Assembly: GCF_044704955.1 (NCBI RefSeq)
Contig: NC_091998.1
Coordinates: forward strand, 35,650,001-35,714,000
DNA length: 64,000 nt
Origin: Pristiophorus japonicus
Taxonomy: Eukaryota
Reading direction: 5' to 3'
How positions within the stretch are numbered: position 1 is the stretch's first letter; every line of letters starts with the position of its first letter. Below the pieces are notes generated by a model. The model saw only the letters and a list, made by a program, of their open reading frames with translations. It was not told the origin of the DNA and made no database searches. Shown piece by piece: positions 1 through 9,719 of the stretch. A program made the translations under genes and the position numbers.

Positions 1-733
1 GCCTGGTGCTGCTCCTGGCATGCTCTTCTACACTCCTCATTGGACGAGGGTTGGTGGTCTGGCTTGATGGTAACGGTAGAGTGAGGGATATGCCGGGCCA
101 TAAGGTTACAGATTGTGGTGGAATACAACTCTGCTGCTGCTGATGGCCCACGGTGCTTCATTGATGTCCAGTTTTGAGCTGCTAGGTCTGTTCTGAATCT
201 ATCCCATTTAGCACGGTGGCAGTCCACACAACACAATGGAGGGTGTCCTCAGTGTGAAGACAGGACTTCGTCTCCACAATGACTGTGTGGTGGTGGCTGC
301 TACCAATGCTGTCATGGACAGATGCATCTGCGACAGGTAGATTGGTGAGGACGAGGTCAAGTAGGTTTTTCCCTCGTGTTGGTTCTCTCACTACCTGTCG
401 CAGGCCCAGTCTGGCAGCTATGTCCTTCAGGACTCGGCCAGTTCAGCCAGAGTTGTTTACTACTCTTAAGTGCTTCTTCCAAGTGGTGTTCAACATGGAG
501 GAGTACTGATTTATCAGCTGAGGGAGGGCGGTGTGTGGTAATCAGCAGGAGGTTGCCTTGCCCATGTTTGACCTGAAGCCATGAAACTTCATGGGGTCTG
601 GAGTCAATGTTGAGGAGCCTCAGGGCCACTCCCTCCCGACTGTATACGACTGTACCATCACCTCCTCTGAGGGATCTATCCTGCCAGTGTGACAAGACAT
701 ACCCAGGGATGGTGATGGAGGAGTCTGGGACAT
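1..733 (-). mobile_element. Non-LTR retrotransposon 'element A', apurinic-like endonuclease (APE) region, degenerate; continues off the left edge
   Basis: Minus-strand translations give APE motifs IPGYVLSHWQDR..GG.G.VVY, LLITTHRPPS, EPTRGKNLLDLVLTN and a decayed SDH (IGSSHH). Frameshifted, and the GDFN segment is missing near 440-470. Confidence 0.85.
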
Positions 734-1786
734 AAGAACATATGAACAATGACGGATAGGTAAAGACCCTCTGGTCCATCGAGCCTGTCCCACACAATTG
801 TGATATCTTGTATATCACAACATATACACTCCACCCCACCCCAAACCCTGTGATCTCCTGGAATAGGCAAAAACAGATAAAAAACCTCGGCCAATTTTGG
901 GAAAAAAATCTGGGAAATTCATCTCCGACCCATCTCGGCGCTCGAAACTAGCCCAGGAGATCACTCTGGCCATTAAATTCCCTGCAGTACCTACCTCCTG
1001 TCAGAGGCGATCTCCACCACAGCCAGAAACAAATCCAGCTTTCGCTTGAAGGGATTCAGTGAGTCTGCATCCACCACATGGAGCGGCAGCTTGTTCCAGA
1101 GGTCTATTGTTCTCTGGGAAAAGAACCACCTCCTGACATCTAAACTCGATCTAGCCCTGTACAACTTAAATTTGTGACCCCTGGTCCTGCCTAACCTGTT
1201 TAATTGAAATAAACGGTCAGCTGGAACACTGTCTATTCCCTTCATTATCTTATAAACCTCAGTCATATCCCCCCCAAGTCTACGCTGTTCTAAGGTAAAG
1301 AGTCCCAACTCTTTTAGCCGATCTTGATAACTAAAATGCTTTAGACTTGGAATTAGTTTTGTGACCCCTTTTCTGCACCCTTTCCAGAGCCTCAATATCA
1401 CCCATCATGTGAGGAGACCAAAACTGGACAGTATTCCAAGTGCGGCCTGACTAAGGTCTTGTACAAGGACAAAACAGTACGCCTCGTCTTATACTCATTT
1501 GTCCTATGTATACACCCCAACACCCTATTTGCTCCAGCTATCGAGCACAGCATTGCTCGTATACCTTTAAGGATGTATGCACTAGAATGCCAAAATCTCT
1601 TTCTATCTTCACCATCTTTAATGCCTTTCCCTGGAGGGCGTATGAATGTTGAGCATTTGCCCTGCTCACATGCATAACACTGCACTTATCCAAGTTATAC
1701 GTCATTTTCCAGTCATGAGCCCAATCTCTCAACACATTAAGATCTGTCTAAAGCAGACAAGCATGTTCTACAGTTCTGGTATCATC
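734..1786 (-). mobile_element. 5'-truncated CR1-type LINE (C-terminal RT region plus 3' UTR) nested in element A
   Basis: ORF fragments 1538-1735, 1398-1685 and 991-1401 carry DKCSVMH, LYKTLVRPHLEYC, LGLFTLEQRRLGGD, RTRGH and FFSQRTIDLWNKLP. The tail (..GTTCATATGTTCTT on minus) ends at ~734. Multiple frameshifts. Confidence 0.9.
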
Positions 1787-2022
1787 TGGCTGAAACGTAT
1801 GATTCTATGAGAATGACTGTGTCAGGCTGTTGCTTGACTAGTCTATGGGACAACTCTCCCAATGTTGGCACAAGTCCCCAGTTAGGAAGGTAGATTGGAC
1901 TGGGCTGGGTGTTGTAGCGGTTTGTTGCAACTGAGTGTCTTACTGGGCCATTTCAGAGGGCAGTTAAGAATCAACCACATTGCTGTGGGTCTGGAGTCAG
2001 ATTTCGGCCAGACTGGGTAAGG
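1787..2022 (-). mobile_element. Element A, N-terminus of endonuclease plus leader
   Basis: Minus strand reads WGLVPTLGELSHRLVKQQPDTVILIESYVSA. Joining 1787 to 733 restores GAATCATACGTTTCAGCCAATGTCCCAGAC = ESYVSANVPD in frame with the 1-733 piece. Confidence 0.8.
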
Positions 2023-3845
2023 GTTTGATTAGGGCAGGGAAAATGGAGTATGAGAAGAAGCTTGCAGGGAACATTAAGACGGATTGCAAAAGTTTCTATA
2101 GATATGTAAAGAGAAAAAGGTTAGTAAAGACAAACGTAGGTCCCCTGCAGTCAGAATCAGGGGAAGTCATAACGGGGAACAAAGAAATGGCGGACCAATT
2201 GAACAAGTACTTTGGTTCGGTATTCACGAAGGAGGACACGAACAACCTTCCGGTTATAAAAGGGGTCGGGGGGTCTAGTAAGGAGGAGGAACTGAGGGAA
2301 ATCCTTATTAGCCGGGAAATTGTGTTGGGGAAATTGATGGGATTGAAGGCCGATAAATCCCCAGGGCCTGATGGACTGCATCCCAGAGTACTTAAGGAGG
2401 TGGCCTTGGAAATAGTGGATGCGTTGACAGTCATTTTCCAACATTCCATTGACTCTGGATCAGTTCCTATGGAGTGGAGGGTAGCCAATGTAACCCCACT
2501 TTTTAAAAAAGGAGGGAGAGAGAAAGCAGGGAATTATAGACCGGTCAGCCTGACATCGGTAGTGGGTAAAATGATGGAATCAATTATTAAGGATGTCATA
2601 GCAGTGCATTTGGAAAGAGGTGACATGATAGGTCCAAGTCAGCATGGATTTGTGAAAGGGAAATCATGCTTGACAAATCTTCTGGAATTTTTTGAGGATG
2701 TTTCCAGTAGAGTGGATAAGGGAGAACCAGTTGATGTGGTATATTTGGACTTTCAGAAGGCGTTCGACAAGGTCCCACACAAGAGATTGATGTGCAAAGT
2801 TAGAGCACATGGGATTGGGGGTAGTGTACTGACATGGATTGAGAACTGGTTGTCAGACAGGAAGCAAAGAGTAGGAGTAAATGGGTACTTTTCAGAATGG
2901 CAGGCAGTGACTAGTGGGGTACCGCAAGGTTCTGTGCTGGGGCCCCAGCTGTTTACACTGTACATTAATGATTTAGATGAGGGGATTAAATGTAGTATCT
3001 CCAAATTTGCGGATGACACTAAGTTGGGTGGCAGTGTGAGCTGCGAGGAGGATGCTGTGAGGCTGCAGAGCGACTTGGATAGGTTAGGTGAGTGGGCAAA
3101 TGCATGGCAGATGAAGTATAATGTGGATAAATGTGAGGTTATCCACTTTGGTGGTAAAAACAGAGAGACAGACTATTATCTGAATGGTGACAGATTAGGA
3201 AAAGGGGAGATGCAAAGAGACCTGGGTGTCATGGTACATCAGTCATTAAAGGTTGGCATGCAGGTGCAGCAGGCGGTTAAGAAAGCAAATGGCATGTTGG
3301 CCTTCATAGCAAGGGGATTTGAGTACAGGGGCAGGGAGGTGTTGCTACAGTTGTACAGGGCATTGGTGAGGCCACACCTGGAGTATTGTGTACAGTTTTG
3401 GTCTCCTAACCTGAGGAAGGACATTCTTGCTATTGAGGGAGTGCAGCGAAGGTTCACCAGACTGATTCCCGGGATGGCGGGACTGACCTATCAAGAAAGA
3501 CTGGATCAACTGGGCTTGTATTCACTGGAGTTCAGAAGAATGAGAGGGGACCTCATAGAAACATATAAAATTCTGACGGGGTTAGACAGGTTAGATGCAG
3601 GAAGAATGTTCCCAATGTTGGGGAAGTCCAGAACCAGGGGTCACAGTCTAAGGATAAGGGGTAAGCCATTTAGGACCGAGATGCGGAGGAACTTCTTCAC
3701 CCAGAGAGTGGTGAACCTGTGGAATTCTCTACCACAGAAAGTTGTTGAGGCCAATTCACTAAATATATTCAAAAAGGAGTTAGATGAGGTCCTTACTGCT
3801 AGGGGGATCAAGGGGTATGGCGAGAAAGCAGGAATGGGGTACTGA
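1980..3845 (+). CDS. CR1 ORF2 reverse transcriptase, 5'-truncated (no endonuclease; first ~14 codons come from flanking DNA)
   Basis: 621-aa stop-free frame with KSPGPDG, NYRPVSLTS, QHGF, YLDFQKAFDKV, GVPQGSVLGP, FADDTK, RPHLEYC and RTRGH. Probably not an expressed gene because it lacks its native start. Confidence 0.75.
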   Translation: MLWVWSQISARLGKGLIRAGKMEYEKKLAGNIKTDCKSFYRYVKRKRLVKTNVGPLQSESGEVITGNKEMADQLNKYFGSVFTKEDTNNLPVIKGVGGSSKEEELREILISREIVLGKLMGLKADKSPGPDGLHPRVLKEVALEIVDALTVIFQHSIDSGSVPMEWRVANVTPLFKKGGREKAGNYRPVSLTSVVGKMMESIIKDVIAVHLERGDMIGPSQHGFVKGKSCLTNLLEFFEDVSSRVDKGEPVDVVYLDFQKAFDKVPHKRLMCKVRAHGIGGSVLTWIENWLSDRKQRVGVNGYFSEWQAVTSGVPQGSVLGPQLFTLYINDLDEGIKCSISKFADDTKLGGSVSCEEDAVRLQSDLDRLGEWANAWQMKYNVDKCEVIHFGGKNRETDYYLNGDRLGKGEMQRDLGVMVHQSLKVGMQVQQAVKKANGMLAFIARGFEYRGREVLLQLYRALVRPHLEYCVQFWSPNLRKDILAIEGVQRRFTRLIPGMAGLTYQERLDQLGLYSLEFRRMRGDLIETYKILTGLDRLDAGRMFPMLGKSRTRGHSLRIRGKPFRTEMRRNFFTQRVVNLWNSLPQKVVEANSLNIFKKELDEVLTARGIKGYGEKAGMGY

Positions 3846-3944
3846 AGTTGAATGTTCAGCCATGAACTCATTGAATGGCGGTGCAGGCTAGAAGGGCCGA
3901 ATGGCCTACTCCTGCACCTATTTTCTATGTTTCTATGTTTCTAT
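2021..3944 (+). mobile_element. Young 5'-truncated CR1 LINE (copy C) with complete 3' end
   Basis: Open RT frame to 3845, short 3' UTR with stem GGTGCAGG(3880-3887)/CCTGCACC(3911-3918), and an 8-bp (TTTCTATG)n tail at 3922-3944, typical of the CR1 clade. Confidence 0.95.
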
Positions 3945-4005
3945 TTCCTTCCCTAACGGACATTAGCGAACCAGATGGATTTTTTCAACAATCCGGTCAT
4001 TTCAT
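3943..4005 (-). mobile_element. Element A leader, middle piece
   Basis: Short non-CR1 segment between the CR1 tail and the GC-rich insert. It continues the leader interrupted at 2022 and 4587; continuity rests partly on my recollection of this repeat family. Confidence 0.55.
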
Positions 4006-4583
4006 GTCCCCGATATTGGTGGCCTTACCGCCCACTGCCGCCCACTGCCGCCGAGGTCACCCCTCTGGACCAGTTTCCATTCGGGTTGGAGCGGGCAGGA
4101 GGTGAGCAGCGCCGGGAACCACCCGTTGACGGCCAAGTAGCACAAGTGACCTCGTGCCCGCCGAGCTGCCAGATTGGTGCAGGCGGGAGTCGGCGGCAGC
4201 AGGGGGAAGGACTGCTGCATGGAGGCAGGTCTAACCCCGATGGCAAGAAAAGGTTAGTGAACATCTTTAAAACATTTTTTAACAGCACCTTACCTGGATG
4301 GGGTTCCCTGAAGGTGTTCCGGTGTTTTTTTTGGGTAAAGTTTTTTATTTTCAGCGCCTCCCCCCTCCGTGGGCCCGACTCCATCCTCGGCGGCACTTGA
4401 GCGGCAAGCGCATTTGCCGCTGAGATTGGGAGCTCCCGCTCGCTGCCGCCGAAGCCATTATTTTGCTGCCGGGCGGTACTGCCACTTCTTTTAGAGGGAT
4501 CTTTCGTGCAACGTACCACCCGGACTCTCGGCGGCCATCGGCGGCCCTTTGGGCAGGCCTCGGCTTTGACCAAGTTCGGGCCC
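4006..4583. mobile_element. GC/CpG-rich MITE-like non-autonomous DNA element (possibly PIF/Harbinger type)
   Basis: Abrupt GC/CpG-rich ~580-bp block with imperfect terminal inverted repeats: GTCCCCGATATTGGTG (4006-4021) vs GACCAAGTTCGGGCCC (4568-4583), 11/16 match. TTA follows the right end. No credible ORF. Confidence 0.55.
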
Positions 4584-4586
4584 TTA

Positions 4587-4745
4587 GTCACCATTACTGC
4601 CACTAGCTTTTCATTCCAGATTTATTGAATTAACTGAATTTAAATTCCCCAGCTGCCTTGGTGGAATTTGAACTCACATCTCCGGGTTATTAGTACAGGC
4701 CTCTGGATTACTGGTCCCATAATTTAACCACTGTGCTACCGTTCC
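4587..4745 (-). mobile_element. tRNA-derived SINE-like head (5' end of element A)
   Basis: Minus strand has an A box TAGCACAGTGG (4738-4728; fits TRGCNNARYGG) and a near-consensus B box GAGTTCAAATTCC (4675-4663). Confidence 0.7.
4663..4738 (-). promoter_or_regulatory. RNA polymerase III type-2 internal promoter (A box and B box)
   Basis: Motif matches and order/spacing as in tRNA-derived SINEs. Activity unknown. Confidence 0.55.
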
Positions 4746-4750
4746 GGGTG

Positions 4751-4789
4751 ATGGGCTCCTTCTGTGCTGTATGATTCTAGGATTCTATA
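4751..4789 (+). mobile_element. Extreme 3' end of a CR1 or CR1-tailed SINE
   Basis: ATGGGCTCCTTCTGTGCTGTATGATTCTAGGATTCTAT: right arm of the 3' stem followed by an 8-bp (GATTCTAT)-type tail, similar in layout to 3901-3944. Confidence 0.55.
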
Positions 4790-5136
4790 GCACATCGCAG
4801 TAGAATTTTCCTAGTGGATGGATTTACCATAGAAATAGCAACGGAATTAGATTTTGGCCGGTCAGTGTAACTCCACTGAGAATCAGCCCTGATTTTATTC
4901 AGTGCTCCTTCATTGCAGGAGTCTTGGGTCTATTGTCCTCTAGAGGGAGCCCATCGCTGGGGGTGGGGAGGAAGACCCAGCGATGAGGCCACTGAAAGGG
5001 CCAGGCAGCCATTTGGTGTGTGTAACCATGCTCTCACTGTAATGTATCAGGCCGGTGCTCCCAGACACTGATGTAAAAAGGCTACAGTTGAGCTGCTTCT
5101 AGTTCAGCAAAGGAGGCCCCAGCCTTTTGGCCCTGA

Positions 5137-5234
5137 GAGGAGGAGGTGGCCTTGGCAGTGAGAACCACCTCCAGCAACCCTCACACATTTATTCAATGCC
5201 AGAAGAATTCACTGATCTCTCCAGTACATCCAAG
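5137..5234 (+). pseudogene. Decayed Myb/SANT-like (trihelix) fragment, probably of Harbinger transposon origin
   Basis: Reads EEEVALAVRTTSSNPHTFIQCQK-(1-bp loss)-FTDLSSTSK followed by AG|GTAACA. Resembles the W-E-E-V-A...R-T-x-x-Q-C-R-K-K-F-N-D-L helix of Harbinger Myb-like proteins. Confidence 0.4.
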
Positions 5235-5484
5235 GTAACATGAGGCAATCATCCCCTGTAACAGTGCTTAGGCAACCAGTGATCCCAGCTGCAGTCCCCT
5301 TCCCTCCATCGAAACCCAGACAGCCACATTACTGACCATCACCAGCACGATGCAGGATAATGCCACTTATGTATTTTTGGACCGGGGATTTGCGGGAATG
5401 TCCATTCCTTTATCCTTTTTATTCGCACTCCAGGAACGTCTGAATATGGACAAATTCCAAGACAAGAATCCAGCCAACCGTGTC

Positions 5485-5745
5485 AGCAACAAGCACTCCC
5501 AGGCCAGGTCTAAGACAATTAGTTGCAGAGTAAAGCTCCACTCTGTCCCAACACTGTTCCATCCTTAGAAAGACACTGTCACCGTTCCCACTCTAACCCT
5601 CTGTTAGCCTCTCCAATTAATGCTGAATCAAGGACAATTTTGTAGAAATGAACCGAGACTGACAAACTCACTGTGTGTAGCACCCTTCCAACCAGCACAC
5701 ACTCTGGGCTCGATATGAACCAAGATCTAGAGGTGAAAGGTATGT
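5485..5745 (-). mobile_element. Old SINE-like remnant
   Basis: B-box-like GGTTCATATC on minus near 5713-5722. CACTCCCAGG..CAGAGTAAAGCTCC at ~5494-5539 resembles a shark SINE body from memory only. Confidence 0.35.
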
Positions 5746-6045
5746 CACCCTTGCTGATTTACAGAGGGTCTCCATCCCCAGTCCATCAACATTTCAAATT
5801 CTCATCCGTCTGTTTAAATCCCTCCATGCCCTTGTCCTCTATATCGTCCTCCAGCCACCTCCCAATTCTCTGTTTCTCTATCACTGGCCCCCCTGTATGA
5901 CCCTCACTTTGTCCCATTGGCAGCCGTGCTTTCAGCTGTTTAGCACCACACTCCCACCCTAATACCCTCCACCTCTCCACCGCCTTCTCCTGCTTCAAGA
6001 TGCTCTTTCTGGAATCCAGCTCTTTGAGCAAGCTCTTGGTAACCC
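5745..6045 (+). mobile_element. Old L2-type LINE 3' fragment
   Basis: Plus-strand pieces FQILIRLFKSLHAL (~5792-5833) and IGSRAFSCLAP (~5916-5948) match the L2 C-terminal FKIL..FK.LH.L and G.RAFS..AP motifs. Heavily decayed. Confidence 0.65.
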
Positions 6046-7122
6046 CGCCTAATCCCTCCCTCGGATGAAACCAATACTGAGCCCATTGCTTCATGCAGTC
6101 CCCAACTCAACAAGTGATTCAATAAATCATTCAGAACTGTGCTCTGAATTGTACAAACCTGTTTATGAATCATCTCAACCCTTGGTGTCAAATGTTTGTT
6201 TACTCATCTCACTCACAGATTAGCGAGTGACTCGCAGATAGAGTGAGAAAGAGTCAGTACAAATGTTCTTATCTGATTGCGGGTGCATTTAAATTCTGCC
6301 TTTGTGCAATTTCATTCTATCAGCCATGATGCGATCACCAAACAACATTCTCACAGAAAAGTTATCTTCCATCTAATCAATCGAGGAAACGATAGATTCA
6401 CTCAGCGATAAACAGAGAGCTGCAAATACTGGAAATGTGGGGGGAAAATACAGAAAGTATTAAAGACACAGAGCAGGCCCCTGGGCCCAGAGGCTATGGC
6501 AACCGCAGTCTCATTGTGAAGTCCGATTCCAGCTCACGCTAAGTTGTTGAGACTGATACTGCAACGCAATGCCGATCAGATTGTCAAATGTGACTAGCCC
6601 CCAGCTCTGTGTCCTCAACACGTACAGAGAGCTCTGCACAGGGAGCATGCACTGCACACATTGAGGGCACGGAAATGACTGGAGGGCTCACAGCACCTCA
6701 ACATCACGTGGCCCACACAGAACGGGCGCAGCAGCACAGGCTAATTCACCTGGTTTTTATTCGTAACGTGGACTAAGATTGGTAATCAGGGTGAGTAGCT
6801 CGTCCACCCAATGGGTTGATGGCTCAATTGATGAATTTTATTTTTTCCTTTCAACACTGACACTTTTCTGGCCCTCTGAAAGATGCCTCCATTCCCTGTC
6901 ATAGGTGTTGGCCAAGCCAACTGTGGTTGTCCATGTCCGACCAGGATCTGTGGACATCATGTGGGTGATTCTGCTATAGGTTCTGGAGGAGGAGGAGCAC
7001 CGAAGACACCTTGGCAGACGGGAGTGATTGCACCTTAGGCGATGAAGAATCTGCCATTACATCTCCACTCATTAGTTCAGCCCAGGGCCACGGGATTCAT
7101 ACCTGGAGAGATCCGAGATGTG

Positions 7123-7924
7123 TTTATAAGAACATTAGAAATTACTGATGTCAGGCTAACTGGTCTATATTTACCCGTTTTCTCTCTCCCTCCTTTTTTA
7201 AACAGTTGTGTTACATTAGCTACCCTCCAGTCCATAGGAACTGATCCAGAGTCGATAGATTGTTGGAAAATGATCACCAATGCATCCACTATTTCTAGAT
7301 CCACTTCCTTAAGTACTCTGGGATGCAGACTATCAGGCCCCGGGGATTTATCAGGCTTCAATCCCATCAATTTCCCTAACACATTCGGCCCCTCGAGCCT
7401 GCTCCGCCATTCAATAACCTCATGGCTGATCTTCGACCTCAACCCCACTTTCCTGCACTATCCCCATATCCCTTGATTCCCTTAATTTCCAAAAATCTAT
7501 CGATCTCTGTCTTGAATATACTCAAAGTCTGAGCCTCCACAGCCCTCTGGGGTAGAGATTCACCACCCTCTGAGTGAAGAAATTTCTCCTCATCTCAGTC
7601 CTAAATGGCCGACCACTTATTCTGAGATTGTGACCCCTAGTTCTAGACTCCCCAACCAGGAGAAACATCCTCCCTGCATCCACCTCTCATTCTTCTAAAC
7701 TCTAGAGAATATAGGCCTATTCTACTCAACCTCTCCTCATAGGACAATCTGCCCATCCCAGGAATCAGTCTGGTGAACCTTCGTTGCAATCCCTCAATAG
7801 CAAGTATATCCTTCCTTAGATAAGGAGACCAAAACTGTGCACAATACTCCAGATGTGGTCTCACCAGCGCCCTATATAATTGCAGTAAGATGTCTTTCTT
7901 CTGCTTTTCAAATCCTCTTGTAAT
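7123..7924 (-). mobile_element. CR1 LINE 3' portion (copy F) with 3' UTR and tail, internally deleted, carrying a foreign 241-bp patch
   Basis: ORF 7643-7987 has LYRALVRPHLEYCAQFWSP and GLYSLEFRRMRG. The 3' UTR (GAATGGCGGAGCAGGCTCGAGGGGCCGAATG on minus) is at 7382-7415 and the tail at ~7126-7142. Confidence 0.9.
7143..7383 (-). repeat. Inverted duplicate of 8409-8649
   Basis: The reverse complement matches 8409-8649 with 5 mismatches in 241 bp by eye, and shares EVDLEI and TGKYRP variants that copy C lacks (EVALEI, AGNYRP). Confidence 0.85.
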
Positions 7925-7926
7925 CT

Positions 7927-9719
7927 TCCTCTTCAACAATTGTACATCCCTGTCTGGAGTAAAAATAAAAAGGGGAAGGTGGCTCAACCGTGGCTAACAA
8001 GCTAAATTAAGGATAGTGTTAAATCCAAGGAAGAGGCATATAAATTGGCCAGAAAAAGCAGCAAACCTGAGGACTGGGGGAATTTTGTAATACAGCAGAG
8101 GAGGACAAAGAGTTTAATTAGGAGGGGGAAAATAGAGTATGAGAGGAAGCTTGCTGGGAACATAAAAACTGACTGCAAAAGCTTCTTTAGATATGTGAAG
8201 AGAAAAAGATTAGTGAAAACAAACGTAGGTCCCTTGCAGTCAGATTCAAGTGAATTTATAATGGGGAACAAAGAAATGGCGGACAGTTAAACAAATACTT
8301 TGGTTCTGTTTTCACGAAGGAAGACACAAATAAGCTTCTGGAAATACTAGGGGACCGAGGGACTAGTGAGAAGGAGGAACTGAAGGATATCCTTATAAAG
8401 CGGGAAATTGTGTTAGGGAAATTGATGGGATTGAAGCCTGATAAATCCCCGGGGCCTGATAGTCTGCATCCCAGAGTACTTAAGGAAGTGGACCTAGAAA
8501 TAGTGGATGCATTGGTGACCATTTTCCAACAGTCTATCGACTCTGGATCAGTTCCTATGGACTGGAGGGAAGCTAATGTAACACCACTGTTTAAAAAAGG
8601 AGGGAGAGAGAAAACGGGTAAATATAGACCAGTTAGCCTGACATCAGTAGTAGGGAAAATGTTGGGATCAATTATTAAAGATGAAATAGCAGCGCATTTG
8701 GAAAGCAGTGACAGGATTGGTCCAAGTCAGCATGGATTTATGAAAGGGAAATCACGCTTGACAAATCTTCTGGAATTTTTTGAAGATGTAACTAGTAGAG
8801 TGGACAAGGGAGAACCAGTGGATGTGGTGTATTTGGACTTTCAAAAGGCTTTTGACAAGGTCCCACACAAGAGATTGGTGTGCAAAATCAAAGCACATGG
8901 TATTGGGGGTAATATTCTGACGTGGATAGAGAACTGGTTGGCAGACAGGAAGCAGAGAGTCGGGATAAACGGGTCCTTTTCAGAATGGCAGGCAGTGACT
9001 AGTGGGGTGCCGCAGGACTCAGTGCTGGGACCTCAGCTCTTTACAAGATACATTAATGATTTAGATGAAGGAATTGAGTATAATATTTCCAAGTTTGCAG
9101 ATGACATTAAACTGGGTGGTGGTGTGAGCTGTGGGGAGGACGCTAAAAGGCTGCAGGTGACTTGGACAGGTTAGGTGAGTGGGCAAATGCATGGCAGATG
9201 CAGTATAATGTGGATAAATGTGAGGTTATTCACTTTGTGGGCAAAAACACGAAGGCAGAATATTATCTGAATGGCGGCAGATTAGGAAATGGGGAGGTGC
9301 AATGAGACCTGGGTGTCATTGTCCATCAGTCATTGAAAGTTGGCATGCAGGTACAACAGGCGGTGAAGAATGCAAATGGTATGTTGGCCTTCATAGCTAG
9401 GGGATTTGAGTATAGGAGCAGGGAGGTCTTACTGCAGTTGTACAGGGCCTTGGTGAGGCCTCACCTGGAATATTGTGTTCAGTTTTGGTACCCTAATCTG
9501 AGGAAGGACATTCTTGCTATTGAGGGAGTGCAGCAAAGGTTCACCAGACTGATTCCCGGGATGGCTGGACTAACATATGAGGAGAGACTGGATCAACTGG
9601 GCCTTTATACACTGGAGTTTAGAAGGATGAGAGGGGATCTCATAGAAACTTAAAAGATTCTGGCGGGACTGGACAGGTTAGATGCGGGAAGAATGTTCCT
9701 GATGATGGGGAAGTCCAGA
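7927..9719 (+). mobile_element. CR1 LINE copy D, RT pseudogene truncated at both ends
   Basis: ORFs 8045-8290, 8410-9174 and 9333-9653 are homologous to the 1980-3845 protein. Frameshifts near 8285 and 9158, stops near 9303 and 9651. Ends at ..GGGAAGTCCAGA without a 3' UTR. Confidence 0.93.

Noticed and set aside
2096-3871. Antisense ORFs over CR1 copy C (also 7042-7476 and 8002-8522)
   Set aside because: Shadow frames of the RT coding sequence.
3975-4603. ORFs of 141 and 192 aa in the GC-rich block
   Set aside because: GC-rich DNA is stop-poor. The ORFs cross element boundaries and contain no recognisable motif.
4587-4745. Functional tRNA gene
   Set aside because: A and B boxes are present but I cannot form a convincing cloverleaf, and it runs into repeat body sequence, so it is a SINE-type head.
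6200-7120. Possible host exons (AG at ~6979; CAG|GTATGA on minus near 7103)
   Set aside because: Isolated splice-like motifs with no recognisable coding sequence. Not supportable without RNA-seq or homology.
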